Shown: positions 35,871-45,821 of the stretch, one piece after another
Layout: every line of letters begins with the position of its first letter
Numbering within the stretch: the first letter of the stretch is position 1
Assembly (NCBI GenBank): GCA_041690135.1
Contig: JAWLHY010000009.1
Location: 160,001 to 224,000, forward strand
DNA length: 64,000 bases
Direction of reading: 5' to 3'
Source of the DNA: Armatimonadota bacterium
GTDB taxonomy: Bacteria; Armatimonadota; SYMT01
Program-made: the position numbers and the translations under genes
Notes under the pieces: model-generated
Seen by the model: only the letters and a program-made list of their open reading frames with translations
Told to the model about the DNA's origin: nothing
The model's database searches: none

Positions 35871-36914
35871 ATGATGCACCCGTGGAGTCGACGGCGTCTG
35901 CTCGGGGTGAGCGCGGGCGCGGTCACCCTGATTCTCACGAACCGGCAGGTCGCCTGGTCCCAGGATACGCCGGGGCAGGAGGCGACGGATGGAGCGCGCA
36001 TCCCCGCGGCACTCCAGTCGTTGTTACCGCCCTTTACCGCCACACTTTTTGATCCGCCCCCGGCCGGTCAGGGCTGGGGGCCGGTGATGCTCTCCCCGAG
36101 CGGCAAAGCCATGCTCGCGCAGCGGCGAGAGGGAGGGCATGTCGCCGTGTTCCTGCTGGACCGTAATGGGGAACCGGTTAAGGACCTCACCTCCGAGCAT
36201 TACCCGCTGGCGGAAGGCGTTTGGGGGCCGGACGACACCCAGATCTTGCTGGAGTGTCGCCGTGAGGAGAACGGCCGGGCGGAGTTCATGAAGGTCTTTC
36301 CGGCTTCGGGGCGCTTGCTCCCGGCTTCCGTGGCTGGGCTGCCGACCTGGGCCGCGGGGGGGAAAGCATATTTTCTCGAAACTGGGAGAACCGATTCTCC
36401 CAGCGGCGGCCACACTGCAGCCGGTCATTTCCAGCGGTTCACGGCTTCCAACATGGCGGTGGGGACTCCGTTGCTCGTGACGCAGCCGGTATGGAGCGGG
36501 GACGGGCAGTGGCTCGCTTTCCTACGGGAACGACCTCGACCCGCGGAGGCGGATGACAAGCGTTTCTCCCCGGTTCGCGAGGTCCGCGTGATCCCGGCCC
36601 GCGGGACGGTACAACGCGTCGTTCTGCCGTTCGCGGCGTGGGACCGCCTGATCAAAGAGCGTGGGTGGCGTTGGGCCAGCGGTCCGGAGCGCCTGTTCTG
36701 GGGCCCGTCCGGGGAGGCGTTGTATGGCTTCTGCACCGCGCGGACCGACAGCGAAGAGACGCGCTACCTGATGCGAATCGACCTGAAGGAGCCGAAACGC
36801 GACGTGGTGGCGGTGGACGATCTCACCGATCTCGTCAGCGCCTCGGCCGATGGTCGGCACTGGCTGCTTCAACTAGGCGACCGGCACTACCGGTTGGATC
36901 TCGCAGACAGGTAG
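35871..36914 (+). CDS. Tat-signal exported protein, TolB-like beta-propeller
   Basis: 'SRRRLL' twin-arginine signal; 'SPSGK', 'WGPDD', 'WSGDG', 'WGPSG' repeats. Confidence 0.75.
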   Translation: MMHPWSRRRLLGVSAGAVTLILTNRQVAWSQDTPGQEATDGARIPAALQSLLPPFTATLFDPPPAGQGWGPVMLSPSGKAMLAQRREGGHVAVFLLDRNGEPVKDLTSEHYPLAEGVWGPDDTQILLECRREENGRAEFMKVFPASGRLLPASVAGLPTWAAGGKAYFLETGRTDSPSGGHTAAGHFQRFTASNMAVGTPLLVTQPVWSGDGQWLAFLRERPRPAEADDKRFSPVREVRVIPARGTVQRVVLPFAAWDRLIKERGWRWASGPERLFWGPSGEALYGFCTARTDSEETRYLMRIDLKEPKRDVVAVDDLTDLVSASADGRHWLLQLGDRHYRLDLADR

Positions 36915-38449
36915 GCCAGGATGCCCTCTCCGACCCCTTCCGCGATCTTCTGACGGTAGTCCGGTCGGGCGAGGAGCTTCGCGGTACCGGCGTGGCTGAT
37001 ATAGCCGGTCTCCACCAGTACGGCCGGCCGTTCCGCACAGCGCAAAATGTAGAATCCGCGGTCGTAGCGGGTGTAATCGCTGCGCACACCGAGGTCCGGC
37101 GCCCCGGTCGCCCGCACCAGGTATTGCTGAACCTTTTCGGCCAATGCCCGGCACGCGGACTGCGCCCGGTGGAAGTAGGTGGTCGCCCCGGTGACATTAG
37201 GTCGTCCGGAAACCGAGTCGCAGTGGATGCTGACCAGGACATCGGATTGCGTCTGCTGGACCCAGGCGCTGCGGACCGGCGGGGGCATGGAGACATCGGA
37301 GCGCCGCGACAACCGCACCTGGCAGCCCCGCTCTCGCAGCCACCGGGAGAGTCGCAGCGCCACGTCCAGGGTGACGTTCTTCTCCAGGATGCCGCCGGGT
37401 CCCAGGGCACCGGGATCGCCACCCCCATGCCCGGCGTCGATCGCAATCACCTTGCCTTCCCCACCGGTGGGATCGACCGGAGGGGAAGGGGGGAGCTCCG
37501 GCAGGACCGGCAGCGGGAGGGGGCGGCCTTCGGGTCCGACCAGCACCGCGGGTTCGAACCCTTCCGCGAGGAACTCCTCTTCACGGGTACCGGGCTTGAG
37601 GTCCAGCACGATACGGGCCACCGGGGGGTTGGTACTGTTCTGACCCAACCGGACGGCCTTCACCAGCGAGCCGGGCGGGAGGGTGGCGGGAGCCTTCAAT
37701 CCACCCAGGAGGGCGCCTTCCACGTCGATGAAACAGCGTGGGGTCGTGCCAGGAAGATACCCATGCCGGACCCGGCACGGTGAGCTGGCGGTCAACTTGA
37801 GCTGCAGCCGTTTTCCCTGGGGGAGGACGGCGAGGCGCAGCAGGCGGGCCGTGCGAGTAGGAGCCGCCGGGGGAGAAGGAGGACCCACCACGCGCGCGGG
37901 GCCGGACGGAAGCGCTGGAAGGGTTTCCCGGGGTTGTATCACCAGTTCCGGCCGGTCCTCCCGGGGGGTGGGTACGGCTTCGGGCGGGAAGGGGGTGAGC
38001 GTACTGGGACCCGCGGGACGGGAGAAAAGTCCCGGTCGCGGGCTCTCCTCGCCGATCTCGAGGACCAGGTCGCGCGCGCCGGTCCGAGAGACGAGCCGGA
38101 CTTTGACGGGGCGCTCCAGATCCAGCTCCAGGCGGACCCCTGTGGCCACGCGCCGGACCCGGAGGGAGCGAACCCCGCCAGTATCAAGCGGCAGCTCCGG
38201 CGGCAGCGATCCGGGGGTTGTGCCGGGCAACTCCAGGTGGACCTTCCGCGCGCCCGTATTCGTGAGGGTTGCGCGAATCGCAGCGGAGGTGCGGAGGGTC
38301 AGGCGGCTGACGCGCTCGCCGGGCTCGATGGTGACGCCCAGGATTTCGCTGGTTGGCGAGTTTTGTGCCGCAAACGGAATTGCCCCGGCCAGGGAAAGGC
38401 AGCCGGCGAATACGAGATAGAGGTGGAAAACCAGGCGCCGGAGACCCAT
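36887..38449 (-). CDS. N-acetylmuramoyl-L-alanine amidase (Amidase_3) with AMIN domains
   Basis: 'IDAGHGG.DPGA', 'EKNVTL', 'VSIH', 'PAVLVETGYI'; signal peptide from ATG 38449. Confidence 0.93.
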   Translation of the reverse strand: MGLRRLVFHLYLVFAGCLSLAGAIPFAAQNSPTSEILGVTIEPGERVSRLTLRTSAAIRATLTNTGARKVHLELPGTTPGSLPPELPLDTGGVRSLRVRRVATGVRLELDLERPVKVRLVSRTGARDLVLEIGEESPRPGLFSRPAGPSTLTPFPPEAVPTPREDRPELVIQPRETLPALPSGPARVVGPPSPPAAPTRTARLLRLAVLPQGKRLQLKLTASSPCRVRHGYLPGTTPRCFIDVEGALLGGLKAPATLPPGSLVKAVRLGQNSTNPPVARIVLDLKPGTREEEFLAEGFEPAVLVGPEGRPLPLPVLPELPPSPPVDPTGGEGKVIAIDAGHGGGDPGALGPGGILEKNVTLDVALRLSRWLRERGCQVRLSRRSDVSMPPPVRSAWVQQTQSDVLVSIHCDSVSGRPNVTGATTYFHRAQSACRALAEKVQQYLVRATGAPDLGVRSDYTRYDRGFYILRCAERPAVLVETGYISHAGTAKLLARPDYRQKIAEGVGEGILAYLSARSNR

Positions 38450-38560
38450 GGAGTAGCTCCCAAGGCGGGCACGATCATGCAAAAAGGCCCGCCTGATGCG
38501 TGGTCTGTCCACCCCAGTGGCGGCAGAGCACGGCCCAGGCGGGCCTTCTCCAGCGGATGA

Positions 38561-38913
38561 TGGAGGCGCCGGGAGTTGAACCCGGGTCCAAAGGGTCACG
38601 ATATCGAACGTCTACGAGCGTATCCGGTGATTTGTATTTCGCGCCGGGACCCCCGCCGGTAGGGTTCCGATGACGCTATCTCGCTTATACCAACGGAAGA
38701 CCACGAGCCCTTCTTCCGCGGTGGCCAGGTTTTTCATCGCCCTACGCCGCGCCCCTGGCCGGGCTCGGATCGGACGGGCCGCCTTTGTTAGGCAGCCAGA
38801 GCGTAGCTCTGAGTGTTGTTCGCGTTTATGCGTTTGCCGCTTTTTACGAGGCCAGCGGCGCCTCGGCTCGCAGTCCGATCCGTAAAACTCCTCTGTCGAC
38901 ACCCATCGCCCCC
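38561..38913 (-). ncRNA. ssrA: tmRNA; tag peptide ANNTQSYALAA (38823-38788)
   Basis: 5' GGGGGCG...TCGAC and 3' GGTTCAACTCCCGGCGCCTCCA tRNA-like ends with G:U pair; tag ORF ending YALAA. Confidence 0.96.
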
Positions 38914-38934
38914 TTAACGGGCTTCGGTGACCTC

Positions 38935-38963
38935 ATGCTACCCTGTCGCCAGTGGGGTGTCAA
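38935..38963 (-). promoter_or_regulatory. sigma70-type promoter of ssrA
   Basis: TTGACA-N17-TAGCAT on minus strand. Confidence 0.8.
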
Positions 38964-39146
38964 TGTCCCACGCTCCGATTCTCGGTCGGAAGGCCACGTT
39001 CCCCAACCCCGATCTCAGGGCGCCATGAGAAAGACCCCCGGGATTGCGGACGGGTTCCCGAAATCTCCCAACGAGTGGTGAAACCGTGAGGAGGGGCGTA
39101 GGCAACCCGACACCGGGCGGATGCCTGCACAGGAATGCCCCAGGGC

Positions 39147-39179
39147 ACCCGGTCCGGCAGTGCAACTGCCGGACCGGGT
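39147..39179. terminator. hairpin with TGCAA loop downstream of LptD-like gene
   Basis: ACCCGGTCCGGCAG-tgcaa-CTGCCGGACCGGGT 14-bp stem. Confidence 0.55.
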
Positions 39180-39203
39180 AGGTAATGTTTGCGGGTTTCC
39201 GCT

Positions 39204-41165
39204 CTAGAAGCGGGAGGCGCCGAACTCGATGATGAACCGGTGCTCGCGCCGGGACCAGTAAAGGCCAAGGTCCCGTCCGCCGAATGGCCGGGAGATGCCG
39301 AACTGGAAGTCGTAGTCGCCGAACTGGCCGTACTGGAAGAGGGTGTGCAGAACCTCCAGACGCCAGATCTTGGTGGCCTGGTAGCTGAGCTGGAAGATGC
39401 TGTGCCGGCTCGGCGCGTCGAGCGCCATGTTCGCGAGCGCGGTGAGGCGCAGGCGGGAAGTGATCGGATAGTTGGCGCTGAGGGTGCTGTTCAGCCTTCC
39501 CTGGGTGGGGAGGAGGTCGTAAACGGTGGCAAGACGGTTGTAGTTGAGGCCCAGGGTGAGGGTGCCGTTATTCGGCAGCGCTTTCCGGAGTTGTGCATCG
39601 AAGGCCGGGCCGAAGCCGGCGTTGGTGTTGCCGGTGACCGCCTGGAGCGAAGCGCTCGTGTCCAGATCCAGCCCGTCCGCCAGCTGGATCGACTTGGGCC
39701 GCGCGCGCAGGCCGAAAGACTGGTATTGGGCTCCCGGCACGGAAACGAAGCGGCGGGAGTTGGCGAGGATGCGCGTTTCGGCGGCATCCCGCCGGTAGAA
39801 GCTGGTCGTTGCCGTGAGCGCCACCTTTCCGTCGGCGATGGGCTTCGGCTTGCTCTCGAAGTTGAAGGAAAGGGTCTTCGCCAGCACGCCGGTGCGCGCG
39901 GGACGCGCCGCCGACATCGCGAGGTTGAGTACCCCGATCGGCAGGCCGCTCGTCAGGTTGACCTGGCCGTAAAGATCCCGGTGGTTGGGGAACTGAAGGT
40001 TGGAGACGAGGCGGGTGGACCGGGTCAACTGCTGGGTGTGGTTCCAGTAGAAACCCCACTGATCCAACGACGAGATGTTCGTCAGCATGGCCTCGCCTTC
40101 GTTCCGGCCGGAGAACCCGTACTTCTGCACCAGGTCGACGCTTAGGCCCTGGTTGCGGGTGAAGTAGCCGAGGCCGCCGGTGCGGGCGCCATAGCCCACC
40201 CGCAGTGCGGTGCTGGAATCCGGCGTCATATTCAGGTAGAGGGGCAGGTCCAGCGTAAGGCCCGCGGTTCCGACGCCCACGTAGCGATCCGTGGAGTTGA
40301 ACCCGTCTTTGAGGTTGGCCTCGTGGAACGGCATCCGAATGCTCTTGATGCCGCCGACAAAGGCCCGGCCACCCTGCACCTGCACGCGCTCCCCCGCGAT
40401 GTAGTTGGCGGATTTGCTGACCCAGATCAGCTTGCTGTCGGAAAGGTCGACCAGTTCGAAATCGGGGTTGAGGTTCTTGGGCCGCTCGGGGAGCTCCGTG
40501 AGACCGTAGGCGCTGAACCACTTCCTCGCTTCTACCGCGACGATGTAGCCTTCAAATGTCTTCAGATCCAGCCAGAGGCGGTCCCCCACCAGCGTCTTGT
40601 CGTCGCTGATGATGTTGACCTTACCCAGGGCCTTGATGTTGTCCCGGTCGAGGTCGATCTGCACGGAATTTGCTTCGATCTCCACGCCCCGGTAGCGCAC
40701 CCGAACCTGCTCATCCGCCTGGATGAAGTGCTTGTCTTCGCTGAAAGCGACGTACTTGCCCGTGATCTTGAGCACGCGCCCGCCGACATTCGCCTCCACC
40801 AGCTTACTGACCATCGGCACGGTGAGCACGGTCTGGTCCAGGCCGACCGACACACTGATGTTCGCCGCCTGCGGAATCGAGGCCGCAGTCAGCGTGGCCC
40901 GCGCCACCCCCGCTGAGGTGAAGGCCACTTGCGTGATCGAGCCGGCGGTGGTGTAGAAGCGAACTTCCGTGCCGTCGCGAGCCGGACGACCACTGCTGGT
41001 CCGCACCTCCGCCGTAACGGTTGCGGTACTGGCCCCATCCGCCAGGAGCACGTTCGGGCTCACCGAAACCCGGATGGACCCCGTCGCCGCAGCGACCGGG
41101 GAGGGGGACAAAACGCCCACGGCGATCAGCACGGTGGTGAGGAATAGTAGGAAGCGGGAAGTCAT
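39204..41165 (-). CDS. exported protein: Ig-like (Big_1) domain + OstA/LptD-like region + probable beta-barrel
   Basis: Signal peptide; 'ADGASTATVTAEVR...DGTEVRF.TTAG'; beta-jellyroll-like 'VEIEANSVQIDL'; alternating strands and terminal Phe. Confidence 0.65.
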   Translation of the reverse strand: MTSRFLLFLTTVLIAVGVLSPSPVAAATGSIRVSVSPNVLLADGASTATVTAEVRTSSGRPARDGTEVRFYTTAGSITQVAFTSAGVARATLTAASIPQAANISVSVGLDQTVLTVPMVSKLVEANVGGRVLKITGKYVAFSEDKHFIQADEQVRVRYRGVEIEANSVQIDLDRDNIKALGKVNIISDDKTLVGDRLWLDLKTFEGYIVAVEARKWFSAYGLTELPERPKNLNPDFELVDLSDSKLIWVSKSANYIAGERVQVQGGRAFVGGIKSIRMPFHEANLKDGFNSTDRYVGVGTAGLTLDLPLYLNMTPDSSTALRVGYGARTGGLGYFTRNQGLSVDLVQKYGFSGRNEGEAMLTNISSLDQWGFYWNHTQQLTRSTRLVSNLQFPNHRDLYGQVNLTSGLPIGVLNLAMSAARPARTGVLAKTLSFNFESKPKPIADGKVALTATTSFYRRDAAETRILANSRRFVSVPGAQYQSFGLRARPKSIQLADGLDLDTSASLQAVTGNTNAGFGPAFDAQLRKALPNNGTLTLGLNYNRLATVYDLLPTQGRLNSTLSANYPITSRLRLTALANMALDAPSRHSIFQLSYQATKIWRLEVLHTLFQYGQFGDYDFQFGISRPFGGRDLGLYWSRREHRFIIEFGASRF

Positions 41166-41428
41166 GCCTGCTCTTCGACGTTCGTGGATTGCGGCCTGGC
41201 TGGAGCGAAGGAGTCGGGAGAGGGGTCGCGGCGCTGTGGAACGACATCGTCCGGGCCGACACTTATCCCGTTGGACGGGCATCACCCTCCTGGTGTTCCT
41301 ACAGCCGGTTGGGTTATTCCTCCCCAGGCAGGCGGAAATTGACTCCAGGACGGAAAATTCTCTCCCGTCGAAACGGTCCGGCGACTGCAACTAGGAAGCA
41401 GCCGGGTAGGAACTGTGAGGATTCTGGA

Positions 41429-42118
41429 ATGAGTGTCGTTCGGGGAGGGATACTTCTAGCAGCACGCGCCTGCCGCATGCTGGCCCGGCAGTTGGGCAAA
41501 ATGGCGCCTGGCGGCGAGGTCTGGTTGGACGTGGGAGCTCATTACGGAGAAACGACCTTCAAGCGGGCCTATCGGGACCCATCCCTGACGGTCTACGCCT
41601 TCGAGCCCAACTTTCAGATCGCGTGCGTCCGGGTGGGGGTGCTGCCTAACTACCATGTTTTCCCCTTCGCGGTCTCCGAAGAAGAGGGATGCGCCACCTT
41701 CTACATTAACGATTACGAGGAAGCCAGTTCTCTTCTGCCGATCGACGAAGACTGCTTGAAGGAGTGGGTGGACGGACACGTGTTGGAGAGAATGTCGTCC
41801 ACCGTGGTGCCGACAGTGCGACTTGACACGTTCCTGGCGGCGATGCGTATTCCCTGGGTGGACTACCTGAAGATCGATACCCAAGGTGCGGATTTTGCCG
41901 TAATCCGGTCCGCCGGGGACCGTCTCAAAGACATCGGGCGGATTCGTCTGGAAGTGGCAACGACGGCCACCCCGCTTTACAAGGGGGGGACCGTGCGTGC
42001 GGAAGTAGAGGCTTACCTGCAGGATGCCGGTTTCGAACTGGTGGCGGAAGAGCCGCAGCACCATGGCCAGGAGACGAACTTGACATTTGCCAACCGTCGC
42101 CGGAAGAATGCTGCGTAG
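41429..42118 (+). CDS. FkbM family methyltransferase
   Basis: 'LDVGAHYG', 'AFEPN', 'LKIDTQGAD'. Confidence 0.9.
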   Translation: MSVVRGGILLAARACRMLARQLGKMAPGGEVWLDVGAHYGETTFKRAYRDPSLTVYAFEPNFQIACVRVGVLPNYHVFPFAVSEEEGCATFYINDYEEASSLLPIDEDCLKEWVDGHVLERMSSTVVPTVRLDTFLAAMRIPWVDYLKIDTQGADFAVIRSAGDRLKDIGRIRLEVATTATPLYKGGTVRAEVEAYLQDAGFELVAEEPQHHGQETNLTFANRRRKNAA

Positions 42119-42281
42119 GCTGGCCCGCCCTATAAGCATTTTACCGCCCGGCAACATTGACCTCGGACGAGCGGGACGCGACGTAGATAGGGGTCGCCAG
42201 GTTTGTGTCGGTGCGGGGTGGGTATAGCTGAACGGGCCGAAAGGCACACTCTTACTTGACTACGGCGGGACGGAGTAGCAA

Positions 42282-42584
42282 ATGAGCGAGACAATCGACG
42301 TGACCCGGAGAGAGGATCTGGCGACGACCAGTCCGGAGCGTGCGCCCTCGGCGCCGGACTCTAGCCTGCTGCATCCCGCGGAACGCCCCATCGATTTGTG
42401 GCCGGAGGGGGTGCTTGCAGCGTTGGCGGGGATTACCCTCGTGGTGATCGGCTTCCGGCATCGCTTGTATCTGCAGCGCAAAGCTCAGGAAGTCCAGCGG
42501 ATGGTGGACGAGTTTCAGCGCGAGGGTGGAGTGGAAGAGATCAAGCAGGTCGCACGGCAGGCCGCGGAATTGCTGAAGGGTTGA
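42282..42584 (+). CDS. small single-TM hypothetical protein
   Basis: GGAG RBS, one TM followed by amphipathic helix. Confidence 0.65.
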   Translation: MSETIDVTRREDLATTSPERAPSAPDSSLLHPAERPIDLWPEGVLAALAGITLVVIGFRHRLYLQRKAQEVQRMVDEFQREGGVEEIKQVARQAAELLKG

Positions 42585-42624
42585 TAAGGGGCCAACCCCC
42601 GAAGATACCGGTCCCCGAAATTAG

Positions 42625-42681
42625 AGGAAAGGGAGACGGGGAGCCGCCACTGCAAGTGACGGCTCCCCGTCTCCCTTTCCT
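42625..42681. terminator. long hairpin between convergent genes (TGCAA loop)
   Basis: AGGAAAGGGAGACGGGGAGCCG...CGGCTCCCCGTCTCCCTTTCCT 22-bp stem. Confidence 0.7.
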
Positions 42682-42732
42682 GTCGGGCTCATGCGCAACC
42701 AAGAGAGCCCGGAACACAGGGATTGAGACGCG

Positions 42733-44229
42733 TCAAATTGGTGAACCGGGGCCATCGGGGCGTGCCATGGCGCGGGTGTCCACGGGGGCTTCCGACGGCT
42801 CGCCTTCCCCACCCTCACCTTCGTCAGTGGTCCGTGCCGCCAGTGTGTCGGTGCCGCAGATGGTCACCAGGGCCACCCAGAGACTTTCCGCCAGGCTGAC
42901 GCCGGCCACCCGCATCACCCCGAAGACGCCCTCTCCCCGTAACTTCAGCGTGACTGCGAACGCCCATGCGAGCACTCCCAGAGCGCCGCCCACCACCACC
43001 CCCACGGCGAAGATGAGCGCGAGGTGCATCCATGTCCGCTTGCCCGCCATGGTCACGGCTGTTCGGAAGGCTTGCCAACCCCCCGGGCCCTCATTGATGG
43101 CCATCACGAGGGCGGGCGCCAGGAGAGCATGAAATGGCGCGGCCAATACGAGCCCCATCAGCAGCAGCACATCCGCGCTGAAGCGACTTCGCAGTGCCAG
43201 CAGGATCCCGAAAACTCCCAGCGTGACCAGCGAATAGCCTAACGTGACCGGAAGTCCCCGAAGCAAACGCGCTGGGATGAGTTCGCGGTCCACGGCGAAT
43301 ACGCGCCCGTGGAACCACTGATCGGCCATCGCGATCATCGCCGGAGTCGCTCCCACGCCCAGAGCTACGGTCCAGACCAGCAGCCCCAGCCACTGGTGGT
43401 CGCCTTCCAGCCCGCGCAACGCCTGCGCGAGGAGCAGCGCGCCGATATTGGGCAACGCGAGCAAGGCGATCCACACGAGCGGCTGCTGGCCCCAAAGGTA
43501 GAGCGTGGCCCGGAAGAGACCCAGGAACCCGGGAAGTTGCTCCGGCTCCCAGCCTGGAAGGGGCGGAGGGGCTGGTAAGAATTCGTCCGCCTCTCCCGGA
43601 ACGTTGAACGGGTCGAAACGGGTCGCCGGCCGGCGGCGGAAGGCTGGGCGTGTATCCGTCTCTGCCGGCATGCCTTCCGGCAGGGACGCCGATCGACCGG
43701 CCAGGGCGGTGCCGGGCTCGGTGCGGGCTTCCGGGGAAGCGGGTACCGTCTCATCCTCGGAGAGGGGGGGACGTACGTCTGTGTTCGAGGCTTGCTCTCT
43801 GTCGCGGGGACTGGTTCCAACCGCGAACGTTCCCGGAGCGCGGGTTTCCCCCTGGAAAGAGGTGCTGCTCGGGGCCGATGCCGAAAGCGCGGCCAACTGC
43901 GCGCGCGCGCCCGGGAACTCCGGTTCGAGACGGAGTACCGCCTCGAACCGGAGGCGGGCCTCCCGCGCACGCCCCGCAGCCTGAAGAACCCTTCCATACT
44001 GGAACAGGATGTCCGCGCGATGGGGTTGGAGATAGTGCGCGGCCTCCAGCACTTCCAGCGCCTCCTCCGTCCGGCCCGCGCGGGCGTGCACCACTCCCAG
44101 AGCGGCCTGGAGATCCGCATTGGAAGGATCGAGGTCCAGATGCTCCCGCAGGCGGCTGGCCGCTTCCTCCGGCGCGAGCTTATCTATCAGCCGGAGAGCG
44201 CGACTGAATACGGTGTCGTGGTCGGACAG
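42733..44229 (-). CDS. TPR-containing multi-TM membrane protein (probable CTG start)
   Basis: TPR frame continues 45 codons upstream of GTG 44094 to CTG 44229 preceded by GGAGAA; ~6 C-terminal TMs. Confidence 0.75.
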   Translation of the reverse strand: MSDHDTVFSRALRLIDKLAPEEAASRLREHLDLDPSNADLQAALGVVHARAGRTEEALEVLEAAHYLQPHRADILFQYGRVLQAAGRAREARLRFEAVLRLEPEFPGARAQLAALSASAPSSTSFQGETRAPGTFAVGTSPRDREQASNTDVRPPLSEDETVPASPEARTEPGTALAGRSASLPEGMPAETDTRPAFRRRPATRFDPFNVPGEADEFLPAPPPLPGWEPEQLPGFLGLFRATLYLWGQQPLVWIALLALPNIGALLLAQALRGLEGDHQWLGLLVWTVALGVGATPAMIAMADQWFHGRVFAVDRELIPARLLRGLPVTLGYSLVTLGVFGILLALRSRFSADVLLLMGLVLAAPFHALLAPALVMAINEGPGGWQAFRTAVTMAGKRTWMHLALIFAVGVVVGGALGVLAWAFAVTLKLRGEGVFGVMRVAGVSLAESLWVALVTICGTDTLAARTTDEGEGGEGEPSEAPVDTRAMARPDGPGSPI

Positions 44230-44560
44230 GGAACTTTCTCCGTGGTCGATGCATAGAAACCGCCGTCAACTGCGGCGGCCCGGCTCAGGCCATGTTTACG
44301 GCCGAATGGCGGCCGGTTCCTTCCCACGGTTCATGCCGGCGGGAATGTAACAAATGAAATCTTACCGTTCCGAGTCGAGTCGAGGAATCCGGATGCCGAC
44401 ATAACCCTTGGATCGCTGGAAGCCCGCGATGTGACATTTTCGGTCAAGTAGGGAGTGGAGTCGCAAGGCTCTTGACCGGCAGCGAGGGAGACACCTATTC
44501 TTAATAGATAGGTAAACTTACAACCACCCGGAAACCGGCCAATCTCCAGCGGACGTTATC

Positions 44561-45073
44561 ATGAGTAGTGATTCTGCAGCATGGTATGCGTTGTACACGC
44601 GCAGCCGCCATGAGAAGCAGGTCGCCGCATTCCTGGAACGGCAGGGAATCGAAACCTATCTGCCACTACGTCGGGTCTGGAGTTCCCGCCAGGACCGCCG
44701 GGTGACTATTCAAATTCCGGCGCTGCCAGGCTACGTGTTCGTCCGCTGCACTCTCTACGCGGAAACCCGCGCAATGATCAAGCGCGCATCGGGGGTGTTG
44801 CGCCTGGTGGAGAACGCAGGACGCCCCGCGGCGATTCCCGATACGCAGATCGCCTCACTCCGGAAGGCGCTGGCGAACTCCTTCAACGCGGAAGGACATC
44901 CCTACCTGAAGGTTGGCGATCGCGTGCGGGTGGCCCGAGGGCCGATGGAGGGGGCTGAAGGGTATCTCGTGCGGGTGGCGGAGAACAAGCACCGTTTGGT
45001 GATCGCGGTGGACTACGTCAATCAGGCTCTGAGCGTGGAGATCGACAGTAGCTGCGTGGAGGCTGCCGCGTGA
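44561..45073 (+). CDS. UpxY-family NusG paralogue antiterminator
   Basis: 'WYALYTRSRHEKQV', 'LPGYVFV', KOW 'GDRVRVARGPMEG'. Confidence 0.92.
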   Translation: MSSDSAAWYALYTRSRHEKQVAAFLERQGIETYLPLRRVWSSRQDRRVTIQIPALPGYVFVRCTLYAETRAMIKRASGVLRLVENAGRPAAIPDTQIASLRKALANSFNAEGHPYLKVGDRVRVARGPMEGAEGYLVRVAENKHRLVIAVDYVNQALSVEIDSSCVEAAA

Positions 45074-45474
45074 GCCTCGGCACGGTGTGCGAATACCGGC
45101 CGGCCGGCACTTCTGCGGAAGAAAAGCGCGAAAACACTCGCCGAATCGGGCGGTGGCTGCATTCGGATGCATGGTGTTCCCACGAGCCGTCGCCGGGTAA
45201 TAGGGCATCCAACCGCCATCAATGCGACCTCCATGGAAACTACCGCGACTCCTCGACGCAGGCAACTATACCAGGGGGCAGCGCCGGTTGACCTGGCATA
45301 CGGACGTGACCGGAGTTGCCTGGTAAGCCGCGCCGAAGGCGGGAGGGGTAGCGGCGGTTCGTTCCTTCATCGGGGACTCCCGGTCGTGTGATCGAGAGTG
45401 CTGCGCATTGTACGCAACGGCATGGGAGTCAGCGAGGATGGGAGCTGGCTCCCTTTCATCACGAGGTAGTTCGC

Positions 45475-45738
45475 ATGGGTGACACAGGTAGCCTGCAGGG
45501 AGCCGCAGTGGAGCTCTCGCCGTGCCCTTCTTCCGGTCAGTCGCTCGAAGGCGTATTGTTTGAGCTCGAGGAGCGATACGGTCGGTTGTGCGCAGAACTG
45601 GCGACGGTCGAAGCACGCCTTCGCCAGTTACGTACCGCCGCCGAAGTATGTCCGATGTGCGGCGGGTCGGGAGAGCGTTGGGTGCGAGGCGGGCTCTATG
45701 GTGAGTTGCAGCAGCGTCCCTGTCCTTGCCAGGGCTAG
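45475..45738 (+). CDS. small coiled-coil + Zn-finger protein
   Basis: GAGGT RBS; heptad helix then 'CPMCGGSG...RPCPC'. Confidence 0.65.
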   Translation: MGDTGSLQGAAVELSPCPSSGQSLEGVLFELEERYGRLCAELATVEARLRQLRTAAEVCPMCGGSGERWVRGGLYGELQQRPCPCQG

Positions 45739-45821
45739 ACCTCTGCCCTCACCCTTTCAAGTGCTTTTCCAATTCGCGTCGATCGCTATAGACAACCCCG
45801 CATCAGGAAAGGGGAGACAGC

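Noticed and set aside
38450-38599. N-terminal extension of the amidase ORF
   Set aside because: Overlaps the tmRNA 3' end; the signal peptide begins at ATG 38449.
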